A stretch of DNA of 64,000 nucleotides from Takakia lepidozioides (lineage: Eukaryota > Plantae > Bryophyta): NCBI GenBank assembly GCA_030704615.1, contig CM060731.1, positions 69,316,001-69,380,000 on the forward strand, read 5' to 3'. The stretch's first letter is position 1, and every line of letters starts with the position of its first letter. Both the position numbers and the translations under genes were made by a program. Positions 23,293 to 35,635 of the stretch are shown in pieces. The notes below the pieces were generated by a model, which was given only the letters and a program-made list of their open reading frames with translations, did no database searches and was not told the DNA's origin.

Positions 23293-24741
23293 CGGAGCCT
23301 CTGACTTCCCGAGCCACAGAACAGAGCACGCAGACTGATGCAACCCACCCCTGCTTCGTCTGGACCCAGATGTGTTATAGCACGTCACGATCAACAAAGC
23401 AAGCCTCGCAATTTCATCGCGCTCAAACCCACCTGCCTGGAGCCGGACGTTCTAGTCAGTCCCTCCACGATCCACCGAACAGAATACAAAACGGAGCTCG
23501 ATAATTGCAAATTGATCCGAACTACCCTTGCTGCGCCTGGAGCCAAATTTCCCTGACTGCTGATGGTGGTTTGCTGAAACTTAAATTGAAGTAGAAGTTG
23601 CTGAACTCTTAGAATATAACAGCTCAATATGGCAAAAGCTACACCCAGTGCCAATCCTTGGCAAATCAGCTCTACATTCACTTCTTATTCAGCGTGAGCA
23701 ACCGCATCACCCACACTGCGAAAGCCGATTAAAGCTAACTCTACAGTTTCAGGCTAGGGCAGATCCAAGCATGGCGGGACGGCTCTTGCAAGAAATCTCC
23801 AAAGCAGCAAACCCAACCCAAAAATCTGGTATCACTTAGTCGATTGCCAAGCTTCGAACAACTTCTGGAGATCGTCACGCCTCAGCATCGCAGCCCACCA
23901 CCAAACTACACGAAAGCTCAAACGCACGAAAGGGGGGAAAACCCAACTTGAAAAAGGACGAAGAAAGACGAAGAGAAGACAGTTGAATCTTTAAGATGCT
24001 CTAAGCATATTCCATCATCCCAGTCGCGTCCGTTGGCCACCTCTCACTTCCGGTAATCTTAGGAAGATTTTTGGGCATATTCTTCATTCATGTAGCATAT
24101 ATTAGGGAATATGCTGAGTCAGACAGTAAGCGAGACCATTGGCGCGGCATTATCTTATTATCCATCCCATGAGTCTGTCTATTGGTATAATCAGTTTTAT
24201 AATGTTGTTTTTTGGGATTTGAAATATTCCACGAATCAAGATCAGGCATCTTCTTGGAACATTCCAAGATGCTTGAATGATAGGAATCTATCCCAGGATC
24301 ATTCTATATCTTGACATAATGCTGCTGAGAGATGGATTGGAAGGTTCATCTTCTGCTTCTGAAGACATCTATGCATACATGATTGATGTGAAAGGGCGTG
24401 TTCATCACAATTGCAAGGGTGAGGTTGAGGATGGGAAGAAAGGAGACAATTCTAAAGCTGAAAACATTGTGTAAGAGCAACTAGAGAGCCTGCGACTGGT
24501 TCCACCCCTGCTACTGCAACCCTCTACCGGATATATATACTAGTAGCTGCACTCAGACACTCTACAAATTGCCCATTGCATTGTGCTGTACTTTATCTGA
24601 ATGCTTTTTATTAATAAGGCACTAAATCTTGTTGGGGTCCCTCGTAACTCCTGTGTCTAATCATAGAGATTTGGAATTTGAACAGAAACCAATCCTTTCC
24701 AGTGTTGCGCTGTGGAAATTCAGCCTCCGACATCATTTGCA

Positions 24742-25826
24742 TCATTCTTTGATCCCGGTGCCTGTTGCCAACTGGTAGATGCCCCGACCCTGAATAGCAG
24801 CCAATAGTTGTCAGTGTTCAATATATCATCTATCATCACTAACTGGAGAGATAAGACTGCTTCAAGAGAAACGGCGCAACATAGTGATGACAAAATTTCA
24901 GGAATCTAAAACAGCAGATACTAAAATCATGCTTCGATTGCCTTACTCTTGTGGCCCCAGCCAGAGAGAGAGAGAAAGAGAGAGTGTACTAATGAGACAT
25001 TGTTTGCCATAGCTTTGTGGCCACAGACTCTGCCCCCTGTTTGGGCGGAACAAGAGGGAACAGACACTACCTTTGTGGGGGCTCACTTCAGTAGTGGGAC
25101 ATACCTTGGTAACAACAATTGGTTTGGGCTTTCCAGATCTCCTCTAGATAGCCCTTCACACAAGCATCAATCTGCTGTGTGTGAGCTGCCCAGCACTTAG
25201 ACCCTAACAAGGTCAGGGTTTTGGGCTCAGCCCTGAGATTCTGAAAGTTGGTGAACACAGGGGCAAGGCCTATGTTCTGAAGAGGGTCGCTCTCTGATGA
25301 GAATACCCCAAACATTGTATGAGAAAATGGATATTGTCTTAAGGCAGCCATTACATCGGGCATTGACAATCTCCCTTTCCTCTCTGCATCAGGTTATTGT
25401 TCAAAGGTAGACTCCCCATCCTTTAATTTCACTCTAGTGCCCAGGGTAGGTCCTCAACCATGTCACAAATTGGAAAAAAGTTCAAGGAAAGAGAGAGAGA
25501 GAGACAAGTGCATGGCACTAGTCCAATAAAGCCTAAGGAGAAGGGGACAAATACAGGATGCACCAGAACTGAAAACCGTGGTGGAAAATGAGGACCGAGT
25601 TCAATAACCAAGTCTACAGATTTGTAATTGATAGAAAGTAGTCAAGGGGTACCATAAGAGTGCCGGCGGTGAGTAAAAGAATGCTCGGGATGACAACAGA
25701 TGTCACTCTGTCGTAAGGACCTTTCAAATGTGTCAATGTATGGATACTCTGGAAATACTTCTGCTTGTTTGACAAATACTTCTGCTTGGTTGCCAACCGC
25801 TCTGCAGTTGCCTTGTCCTCTGCCAT
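24742..25826 (-). CDS. COX7A: Cytochrome c oxidase subunit VIIa (plant type), 2 coding exons, 73 aa
   Basis: Exon 25826-25653 MAEDKAT..KQKYFQSIHTLTHLKGPYDRVTSVVIP..TLM|GT; exon 24789-24742 CAG|GRGIYQLATGTGIKE*. Matches the plant COX VIIa signature QxYFQSIH..LKGPYDxxTS and C-terminal GIY..GxKE. Confidence 0.88.
24985..25490 (-). mobile_element. 5'-truncated LINE copy in the COX7A intron, flanked by (GA)n
   Basis: Reverse complement aligns with 51060-51605; (GA)n tracts at ~24963-24984 and ~25490-25504. Confidence 0.85.
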
Positions 25827-27645
25827 TAGTACTGCTGGGACCAACCTGCGGGCAGACAATAACGTTGCTCTAGGTTAGCATAGGGTGACAACCTTCAAGA
25901 AAAAGGTATAGAAAGAGGAGAAGGAGATCTGCTACAGCTCACCCTTCCAGACAAAGGTCAGTCAACAGGACGGCAGTGAGGATAACGACAGATGTGTTTC
26001 TAACCTGAAACTTCTGGTGCCAAATATTAAACTGAGAGTGAGAAGAAAAGAATTTACAGACACCTAGGACATTTCAGACAATCTGAGATTTGATCGCCGC
26101 AGCTATCATACACAAACAGTATACACAGAGAGGTCTGGTTTCCAGCCTGCAGCAATTGTAAATTGTGCATGTGGCACAATACGGCATGAAAAATGATGAT
26201 CTCACCCTGTGATTGAGTGGATCACATCCAACAGAATGAATTATAACCCAGGGCCGCTACCCTGTGCATAAAGATAGTGTCCTAATTACTTGGCTAGGTG
26301 TTGGGCGCACTTCTGAAAACCTCAATGGCCACAAACCCTTTGGAAAAGAATGGAAGCAGCCCAGACACTGCCAGAAACGTTCAGTCATACTTCAATTGCT
26401 TACTGACCGATTTCAGTATCTCAAGTATATCAGGCCAAACATTGCAGCAATGGAAAGCTGCACTGTACTGCAGCTGGAGCTCAAGTTGGGTTTGGTTAGG
26501 ATGAGGAAAAGCCTGCAGGCATTGGACCCGTGCCGACCTAGTTCTCTGTGAACATCGTGCTTTGACGTGCCCTCGCAGGCATACTTCCCACTGGATACTT
26601 CCCATCCGGAGGCTTCAACCCAGAGAATCACCCTCAGCAAGATAGCACTCGAGTGCAGCCAAAAACACTTAATCTACATCGAATAATGGTGTAAGGCCTG
26701 GCATTGACATGTAATTTGGAAGCATCTGCTTACCATGACATGTTAGAACAGATCCGACTCTAAACCAGCTTAACTCACAAATTTTCCAGGTGTCAAGACG
26801 CACCCTTCCTCTATCTTTGAGTACCGAGAAACTTACCAAACACGACGAGTTGAAAATTCTTCACGAATCCGTAGAGCCTAGCGACGCCACACACGCTCGG
26901 AACGATCGAAGCTTCAATGGCTATTGCAGTCTGCACCCCTAACTCGACGAGAGAGACGAGAGAGACGACAGGATTTCATCCAAAAGACCGACGTCTCTGT
27001 CCATCTGCGCGGGAATGCAACCACAAGTATAGCTCCTTCCAATACCGCTTTAGTATACGATTCACGATACATACGGTACATAATGCCGTCATTCCGTATG
27101 CATTGAGTGAAGAATACGGTCCTGCTGCCGAGAGCGACAACTGCTGGCTTTCATGCAAGCGCAGATTGCACGTGAGAGACATTCCGTCTGCGCTTTGTTC
27201 ACGATTACAATCTCGTCTGAATCCTCTCTTGTGCGAATGTCTTGTCAAAATCTCGTTTATTTCCCGTGTGGGTTGATCGCATTCTGTGTGTTTGCTTGAA
27301 GACATCGCATCAGAAGGTGGGCGAATTGTGCTGGACGATGTGCAGAATGGTGTGAGGAGGTGTGACAGATTAGCGGTCCGAGGAGTCTTGTCGTCTTGTC
27401 CAGGTGTTTGAGAATGTGCTTAACTTCAAGTGATATCCTGTCTTAGACAAGGTAGCCGAGGTAGCCGCAGCTCGAGCAGTTAGTATTGGCAGTTATCTGA
27501 GGGGAGGGTGTGCCCTCAGGTGTCATGCAGCTATAAGTGAGTTTTTGAGTCTCCTGCTGTTGGACTGTCTGTCCCTGCAAGTGGGTGGAAGAGCTGTTAG
27601 AGTGTTCCTGAATTGTGCACCAGTTCGTAATTTCACTACAGAGGG

Positions 27646-30600
27646 ATGTCGTCGTCTGATGAGTCCAACTCGGATGCGGAGGATATTGAGATGTTCGAAG
27701 CCGATGCTACGAGGGACATTGAATCCGGGAAGCTGGTTGTGAACAATGGAGATGGGACTTACAGGTGCCCGTTCTCTCCGGGTAGGAAGAAGCAGAGTTT
27801 TAAGCATCGTGATCTTCTCGACCATGCAAAAGGCGTTGCGAAGGGGAAAAAGGGGCCTGAGAAAGTTGGTACGCACCGCGCATTGGTGAAGTACTTGGAC
27901 GCACAGTTTGCAGACAAGCCAAAGCCTCCCCAGGCTGTGCGAGTGCACAAACTGGAGCAGGTGGTTCCCCCGAGGAAAGCCAACGAGGGAAAGCTGTTGT
28001 GCCCGTGGATGGGCATTTTAGTTAACATTGATAATCATAAAACCCGGGAATCGGACGGGTTTCGGCTGGCAGCTGGGGCAGCTGATATCAAGGAGAAGTT
28101 CAAGGTAATCCTCACCTCCGGAATTGTACACCAGAAGCGCTTTGCCTGTTGTTTGTATTCTAGTTGGAGCTAAAAAGTAAAATCACTTCCCAGACGTCTG
28201 TCTGCCAAACAACTAACATTCAGAGGTTTCCGTGGGGTGGTGGTGGTTCCAGGAGTACAATCCAGAGAGGGTAGATGTGTTTCATGACTACAAGGGCCAC
28301 CAGGGCACTGCTTTGGTTACATTTGTGAATGACATCCATGGCCTCAAGGATGCGGAAGATTTTCACAGAAGCTTTGCAGAGGCTGGGCGGGGCCGGAAAG
28401 AGTGGGACCAACACAACTATCGAGAACGTGGCCTGCATCTTTATGGATGGCAGGCAACTGAACAGGTAGCAATGCTGTCAAGCGTACCTGAAATAAGCTA
28501 CTGTATACCTGAGTATGTCATCTCTGGGATCCTCTTTGGTGCAATTCAGTAGTGTATCTAGTGTTTAGTATAGTGTCGATGCAGGTCCATTGCTATGGAA
28601 TACTTACATTCTGGGTGTTCTCTTCTTTTGTCACCAGGACCTCAAAGGAGATCTCGATCTTCTGACAAAACACTTGTGCAAGTTTTCGGATCTCAAATCT
28701 GTTGCCGACATGATGGAAGAGAAGGAGAGGATCAACAGCCAGCTTGTTCAGAATTTGGTAGAATCAGTGGGAAGGAAAAATGATCGTTTGGAAGCCTCCC
28801 ATGAACAGTTTGTGGTGTTGAAGAACATCGTGGCAGAGGTCAATAACATGCGTGTGAAGGCTGAAGATGATATGCGCCAAATGGAGGAGAAACACAAGCA
28901 AGGTGTGCCTCTTCTATCGAAGAGTTTGTGTGACAAACAGTGAACCTGTGCATTTGTCCTTGTGGGATCAGGGTGGTGGTTTACGCGTCATCTTGACCAG
29001 AATGGACATGTAATCTGGACTTGATATAGAAAGTCGCTTGTTCAGATGCTGTAGGTCAGTTGTGTTATGGTTGAGCAGCTTCCAACAGAAGAGTATACGT
29101 CACTTGCCACATCATTTGGCAAACACTCCCTCCGCTGCCTTCACTCATTTCTCAGGGCCTTGGTGCATGACTGCAAATCCTCAAGTGATGGAAGAGTTTG
29201 GAGTTTGAAGTCTGTTGGTATTATCTTAAATAATGTATCCTAGTCTCACAACTGTGTTTCATTGAAGGATCAGATATGCCTGGATATATATCTAAATGAG
29301 GTTCTCCACCTTAGAGAATCTCTAGGAGTTGAAACTGTAGCTTTTGGGCTCTTGTCAAGGGCCCCACGTCATTTTCCTTGTGTCATGCTTGGCGTTACAT
29401 AGAACACAATCCCTCACAAAAAGTTGTTCTTCTGTAACCTCTTACAGTCCTTGAAGAACTTCAAACCAAGGCACACAGGGATGCTGAGCAACACCACCAT
29501 AGGCTGCTACAGCATCAGGTCACACTAGCAAACAAGATGCGGGTGCTTCAACAACGGTGTGAAGATATGGAGCAAACTGAAAAACTGATGAAGGAAAAGA
29601 ATGAGGCAGAGCGGCGACAGTTTGAAAAAGACAGACAGGAGGTAAATGAACGCTGCCTCGTAACCCTTGTCCTCAGAAGAATTGTTCTTGTGTAGCCACA
29701 ATAGCATGAGCTTTGTGTTTGCTAGCTGTCAGACAGCTTTCTAGGTTTTGTTGGCTCTTACATGTAGATGCTGCTCGATATCTTAGCCATGGTTAGTATG
29801 TGCGCGCCTTTGGTTACTTCACTGAACATACTTTGGATATTCAAATACAACAGGCAAGAAGACAGTTGGAGGAAGTGAGCAAACAGGCAAAAATGCATGC
29901 AGCAAGGCAGTACACCCAGCAAGAGAAGCAAAAGATGCTGATCGAAAAGCATGAGGTCTCTGTCTCTCTCTGTCGCTGAGCTAATTGGGTCTCCATGGGA
30001 TGTGATAAATTTTGCATTTTGCACTCATGATTTCCAGGAGTTGTGTAGGGTTGTTCCAAGTGATTTCTTGTTGATTCTATTTTGTCTATCGGCCCTTGGG
30101 CTCTGTTGACAAAGGTTCTCTCTCTTTCTCTCTCTGTCTCTGTCATACTACCGCGTCAGCCCCTGACAAAGGTAGTTTCTGTCCCTTTGTGTTCTGCTCA
30201 AACTGAGCGCAGGGTCAATGGTCACAAGGCTACGGCAAACAACGTCTTATGAGTACATTCTCTTTCTTTCTCATGGCACTAGACTGAAATTTAAACTGCA
30301 GGGCAGGGAGTCTACCTTTGGACAATAAACAGAGAGGAAAGGGAGATTGTCAATGCCCAATGTGCAGGCAGCCTGAAAGTATCCATTTTTGATATTGGGG
30401 TACTCTCATCAGAGAGTGACCCTCTTCAGGACCATCAAGAACATAGCTCTGCACCTCTGTTCACCAACTTTCAAAGTCTCGACACTAAGTCTTAAGCCAG
30501 GTCCTTGTTGGGGTCTAATCGTTGGGCAGTTCGCATATAGCAGATTGATGCTTGTGTGAAGGGCTTTCTAGAGGAAATCTGGAAAGCTTGAACCAATTGT

Positions 30601-33260
30601 TTATACCAAGGTAAGTCCCACTACTGGAGTGGGCCCCTCATAGGTAGTGTTTGTTCCCTCTTGTTCCGCCCAAACTGGGCTCAGGATCTATGGCTACAAG
30701 GCTACGGCGAACGTCATCTCATGCGTACGTTCTCTCATGGCAGGGTCTATGGCCACAAGGCTGCGGCAAACGTCTTATGAGTACTTTAATTTCTCTGTCA
30801 TGGCATCATGACTATGTCGAACCAAATATCACAGCAATGGATGCGTAGCCCCTGTAAAGACAGCCAGAGGTAGGGCTTGTTGTCAGCTCATGTGGTGGGC
30901 TTCAACCCGACCCACAAGACAGAGATGTGGGACCTGTGAGATAGATGAGGCAAATGGATGAGCTCATCAATCTTACCTGTTGATGCTGGCTATGTGCACC
31001 TTGTTGATGTAGTCCCCATCGATGGAGCCAGTCATGGATTCAATCCATTAAACTATGAAACTCAGCTGGGCATTGGTAAAGCAGTCGAACACATTGCATG
31101 ACTAACTTATGTTCAAATTTTTTACTCCTGAAGTTTTCAGAGACATGATACCATGAGAAGGCATGAAGTTCGGTCCTCTTTAGCTTAATACACATGTGAC
31201 TCATTTGGCTGTGCTTGCAGAATGAGAGCAAGAAGCTTGAGATGGAGGTACAGGAGCAAAAGAAGTTGTTGGCTGTCAAGCACCAGTTAGAACTGGAGGG
31301 GCAATATGTCTCAGAGATTCTGGAGATTGAACGAGGCGAGGTTGAGAAATGCAACACGTCAGATAATGATGGGGAAGCCCAAAGGCAAAAAGTTGCAGAT
31401 CTCGAAGAGAAACTAGCTGACTTGCAGTCAGAGTATGAGTCTTCAGAAGCTTTGGTCTCTAACCTGACGGTAAAGGAGCGGGCAGCAAATGACGAACTTC
31501 AAGAGGCTCGGAAGGCAGCCCTTGTGGTAACCTCCCACTTTCTTCTTGTTCTACCTTGCCACTCTTAGTCTTTGTCAGAAGGCTCTTCTTCATTCAGAGT
31601 TTGCAACAGTCTCTCACAGCGCATGAAAAGGCCTCTAAAACCGCTACTTCTCTCAGTTTGAGATGCTTCAACCACTTACCAAAGCTGGGGCCCTCAGGCA
31701 CATTTCCGATCAAATCCATGCAGGATGAAATGCATTCTGAAAGGTCAGAATCGACTTATCTACTAAAAGTCCCACCACCTCAGTGAGCATTTCATGATGG
31801 CAATAGCCCTTCCTCCCTTGTCACCGCTTCATATTTGAAGGGTCAAAACGAGAGGGAAACTACGGAAAAAAAGGAATGTGTTGTTGAAAGCAGTCACATG
31901 GTAATATTGGGGGGGGGGGGGTGGTATTTGTTGTCCTTCAGGTTTTGAGGAAATACGGTCCCCTATCTAAATTGGGTATCAAGCTTGCTGGGGAAATTAA
32001 CAAGCAGCCTTGGACAGCTGCCTGTAAGGAAAGGTACAAATATGACAGCGAAGGATGGGAAATGAGAATGGCTACTTCAATCTCCAACTGGGAGCTCCTC
32101 TTGAAAGACCACAATTTCCGGCCATTGAAGTGTGTGGAAGTCAGACCTGATGTTTTCAAGGTGTGCTTTCCTGTGTGTGCCGATGCTTCCCTTTTTGAGT
32201 TGGAGTTCTTTGGACTATATATGCATGTCACTTTGTCCATGTAATAGATAACTATGGCTTGCTCTCTGTCCCTCTTTCGGACGTTATACCATTTCATTTC
32301 ATTTTCCTTTTCTTTGTTCCTCTCCCTTTTTCTCGAACCAGCACTGCACAGTCACATTTGTCTTCAGCTAGAGGGCTATAGCAGCATAGCTGAGATCAAC
32401 ATCCTACTTGCAGGTATGAAGTCAATCCAGTGTGTACATCAGTGGGTGATATGGTTTTTTATAACCAGCTTGTCACTGGCTGTTTGGGAAATGATTTTCC
32501 CTTTGTACGGTTATTCAATACATCTCACTCCTTTGTGGTGGAACCCCCAACCTGCTCCAGGATGGTGGATTAATCCTCCTGAGGGACTAAAGCCGTCAAG
32601 GGTGTGTCACCAGCATTTGCAGGGACAGGTCAATAAGAGAATTTTCTCATGGGTGCTGGCATCTTGTGGGTGTTAGATCTTTCTTATCTGCTTTCAATGC
32701 CATCCCTTAAACCAAGACTTAGTAAATTCTCTACTGGATTGTGTTTAGAGCTATGAATCTGGGCGGAGTTTTATACCTTGTGGTCCCAAATGCGAAACTG
32801 ACTCCAAAAATGTGGATTGATCTTGGAGACTATGTCTCAAGTGTACATCAGAGAAGCATGAGTGGATTATTTCTGTAGGTGTGCTCCCACACTTTGCTCC
32901 ATCTCCTTTCTACATCCCAGTTTTCAACTTTTTAAATCAGGTGCTGGTTCTGTGACGAATTTAACTGAAGCTATGTCTAACTGTTACATTCTGTTGGTGC
33001 AGCATGAAATCATTGAGAATGATGAGAAGTTGGTGGAGTTGAAAAAGGACCTGGGAGACGTGGTCTGCAAGACAGTGACAGACGCACTCTTAGAACTAGA
33101 AGAGCACAATGCATCTGGGAGGTATCCAATTGAGTTGGCCTGGGACTTCGAGAAGGACCAACAGATTGTCATGAAGGATTTGCTCATCCATCTCAAAAAA
33201 AAGCTTGACGATTTATCAAAGCCAGTGAAGGGTAAGGGCAAACGAGTGAGAAGGACCTGA
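27646..33260 (+). CDS. IDN2/FDM-like zf-XS, XS, coiled-coil, XH protein (RNA-directed DNA methylation family), 8 exons, 671 aa
   Basis: Exons 27646-28104, 28253-28465, 28638-28902, 29448-29641, 29854-29955, 31221-31526, 31942-32160, 33003-33260 sum to 2016 nt in frame. Motifs YRCPFSPGRKK..DLLDHAKGV..HRALVKYL, PWMGILVNI, LYGWQAT, KERAANDELQEARK, EHNASGRY. Confidence 0.92.
30146..30795 (+). mobile_element. Stack of three LINE 3' ends (~110, ~460, ~50 bp) in XS-XH intron 5
   Basis: Three successive termini ..ACAAGGCTRCGGC(A/G)AAC..ATG(A/C)GTAC(A/G/T)TT following a CT-rich tract at ~30117-30145. Confidence 0.85.
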
Positions 33261-33849
33261 TTCACAGTTTGGGGACTGCAGCCCCTCAGTGTTGGTAGTG
33301 CTGATCGAGGACATTTTGTCATATTGACCTCTGCTACGCAGAAAGAAAGCAGATAGCATACGTTCTATGGTCCTCAGCTGATAGTTGGACACTTGCCTTC
33401 ATAATAGAAAGGATGGGTAACCGAACTTCGCAGTTTAAGTTGCTTCTCTCTGCAGTTTGAGAGGAAGGTCCTAGTTTTGTTGTACATATCGGGTGCAATG
33501 CAACCCACCTTTTTGTCCTCATGAACCTACTTCAGAAACCCCTATTGCATCTGAAGTTAAGAATGTGGAAGGAGACAAATCAAGTGTGCTGTGTATCTCA
33601 TGAATGCTGCAGTGAAGTTCAGAAGATACTCACAGCTTTTCTCTCTGCGGTCTTCGCACAGTTCATTGTGAGAGTGGTTGCTGGTGTTCAGCTGTGGATT
33701 AGATTTGTGCAGGGCAGTCTCTATAGCAGCCCTTCTCTGCTATGAACCTTCCAAAAAGCAACCCTTAATAAATAGTACTTTAATTCATCCCTCACTACAA
33801 GAGTAATGCCAACATTCAGCTGGCACTGCTCATAGGTAGGGGCAGTCCT

Positions 33850-35215
33850 CTGAGTACTCCACACTCACCAGGCTTAAAGCACTCCAGTTTATACATAATG
33901 TTTAAAAATCCATATGGCAAGAATTTTGAATGTTTTAGTGGTAAGAGCAAGTCGAAGCGGGTGGTACTGCTCAGAGCAATCACTGAGCAATATTTGGAGA
34001 ACTCAACAGTGAGCAGACACTGCTCGGTGCACTCACCAGGCACTCCCCCTACACTACCAAGGCAGGGCTAGCATGTCTTGTTATACATGCAAGCCTTTGA
34101 TGGGTGAAGGAACAGCCTCCAAGACACCCAGTACTATGACTGGCAGTCCAGCAATGAATTACATGGGAGCAAATCACAGTTTTCAGCACAGATTCTTAGT
34201 ATTGTCTAGATTCTTCACTTGCTGGAGATGGGCATTTTTTTTTGGCTGCGAGTTGTAAATAGATAGACACAATTAACTATACACATCATGGTTACAGGGA
34301 GAGAATCATGTACAGCTGCCTGGATGCCATCATAGAAAGTAAGGATGCTAATGTAAGAAGGAAACAACTAGCTTAGTTCTTGCTGTGCATAGCATGGGGA
34401 AGCACATCAAAATCAACTGATTCTTCAAGTGGTGCTAGCAACTGGTGTGGCAGCCAATGTTGGAACTAATCTGTGATTCAGTCCTAATCGCAGCCTCCCC
34501 CACCACGACTGGTCAATTACACATCGCAGACTCGGTCAGGAAGGTATCAAAAGAGTGAACTGCTTGACCTGCAGCCTCAGGTCAGTGATTCCTGGCCCCT
34601 GCTCAATGACTTGCTCCGAGTGGTCCGAGAATGAGCCAAACTGGTCAGGTTTATTCTGACTTGAATTGACAGATCATGCCATCGTCACAAAGATTTTTTG
34701 TATCTGGAAGTTGTTTTGTAGAGATTTTTTCTATAAAGATCCCCGCCATCTCTTAGTTTCTTGAGACAGGACCTACCTTGGCAGGGATAGAAACTCAACG
34801 AGTAAATCAAACGACCATGTCCCACAGTTCAAAACTTTCCAATGGGACCCAAATAGCCACGATCTCCATAGCAGAAGTAATCAGCGGAGAACCTTGGCAT
34901 ATTTGTGCCAACCTGCTTCCAATGTCTTGAAAAAGTGAGCTTCCATGTCTTCGCAGATGTCTCTTCTTCATGTTGGACAGCCCCAAAAACAATCTGACCA
35001 TCACCCTGAGCTTCAGGGAATTTGAGCAGAGGAAGTTCTCATGGATGTCAAGAGTGGCTTGTGTTGGAAATGAGCGTTGTATCATATGCACTTGACCTGT
35101 CAAGTATCTTTTGTCACTACCTTCCTGAATCTCTTGCTCTCCTGACTTCTTGCATTGGCAGTTTAGAGAGCTAAGCCTAGATAAAACATTTGAGACTAAC
35201 AGCCACAAGACCCCG
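33850..35215 (-). repeat. Second copy of the 18.1-19.0 kb block, between the XS-XH and FtsH 3' ends
   Basis: Reverse-complement similarity to 18070-19020; ~33885-34305 is absent from the other copy. Confidence 0.85.
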
Positions 35216-35635
35216 GCATCGCAGACGTTTCCACGCTACATACAGAATACCAGATTTTTGTATCACTGCAGCATCACTGCAGCAACAGGAATTCTCCAAC
35301 TATAAATGCTTATGTGGGCCACTAGCCCAAACTACTGTTACTTTTCAGTACAATGGGCCCTACTTGAGACACCATATACTAGCAGGAAACTATCTTCTAC
35401 TGTACTACAAACTGTCACTTCTAGCACAGCTTGTACAACCCTGGGAGTTTCCTTCACCATCCCGTCCTTGTACCTGTCCTTATCCGAAACTTCGGAAAGT
35501 AAAGTGTCTTACAGTACTAATAAAAGTGTAACAGCTGAGACATCCACAGAAGGGAAGCTCCCCATGTAGCACAATGAAGTTCATACCACCTTTCAACAGC
35601 AGACCTGAGACCCAATACCCCGTGGAAGAGGTCTA

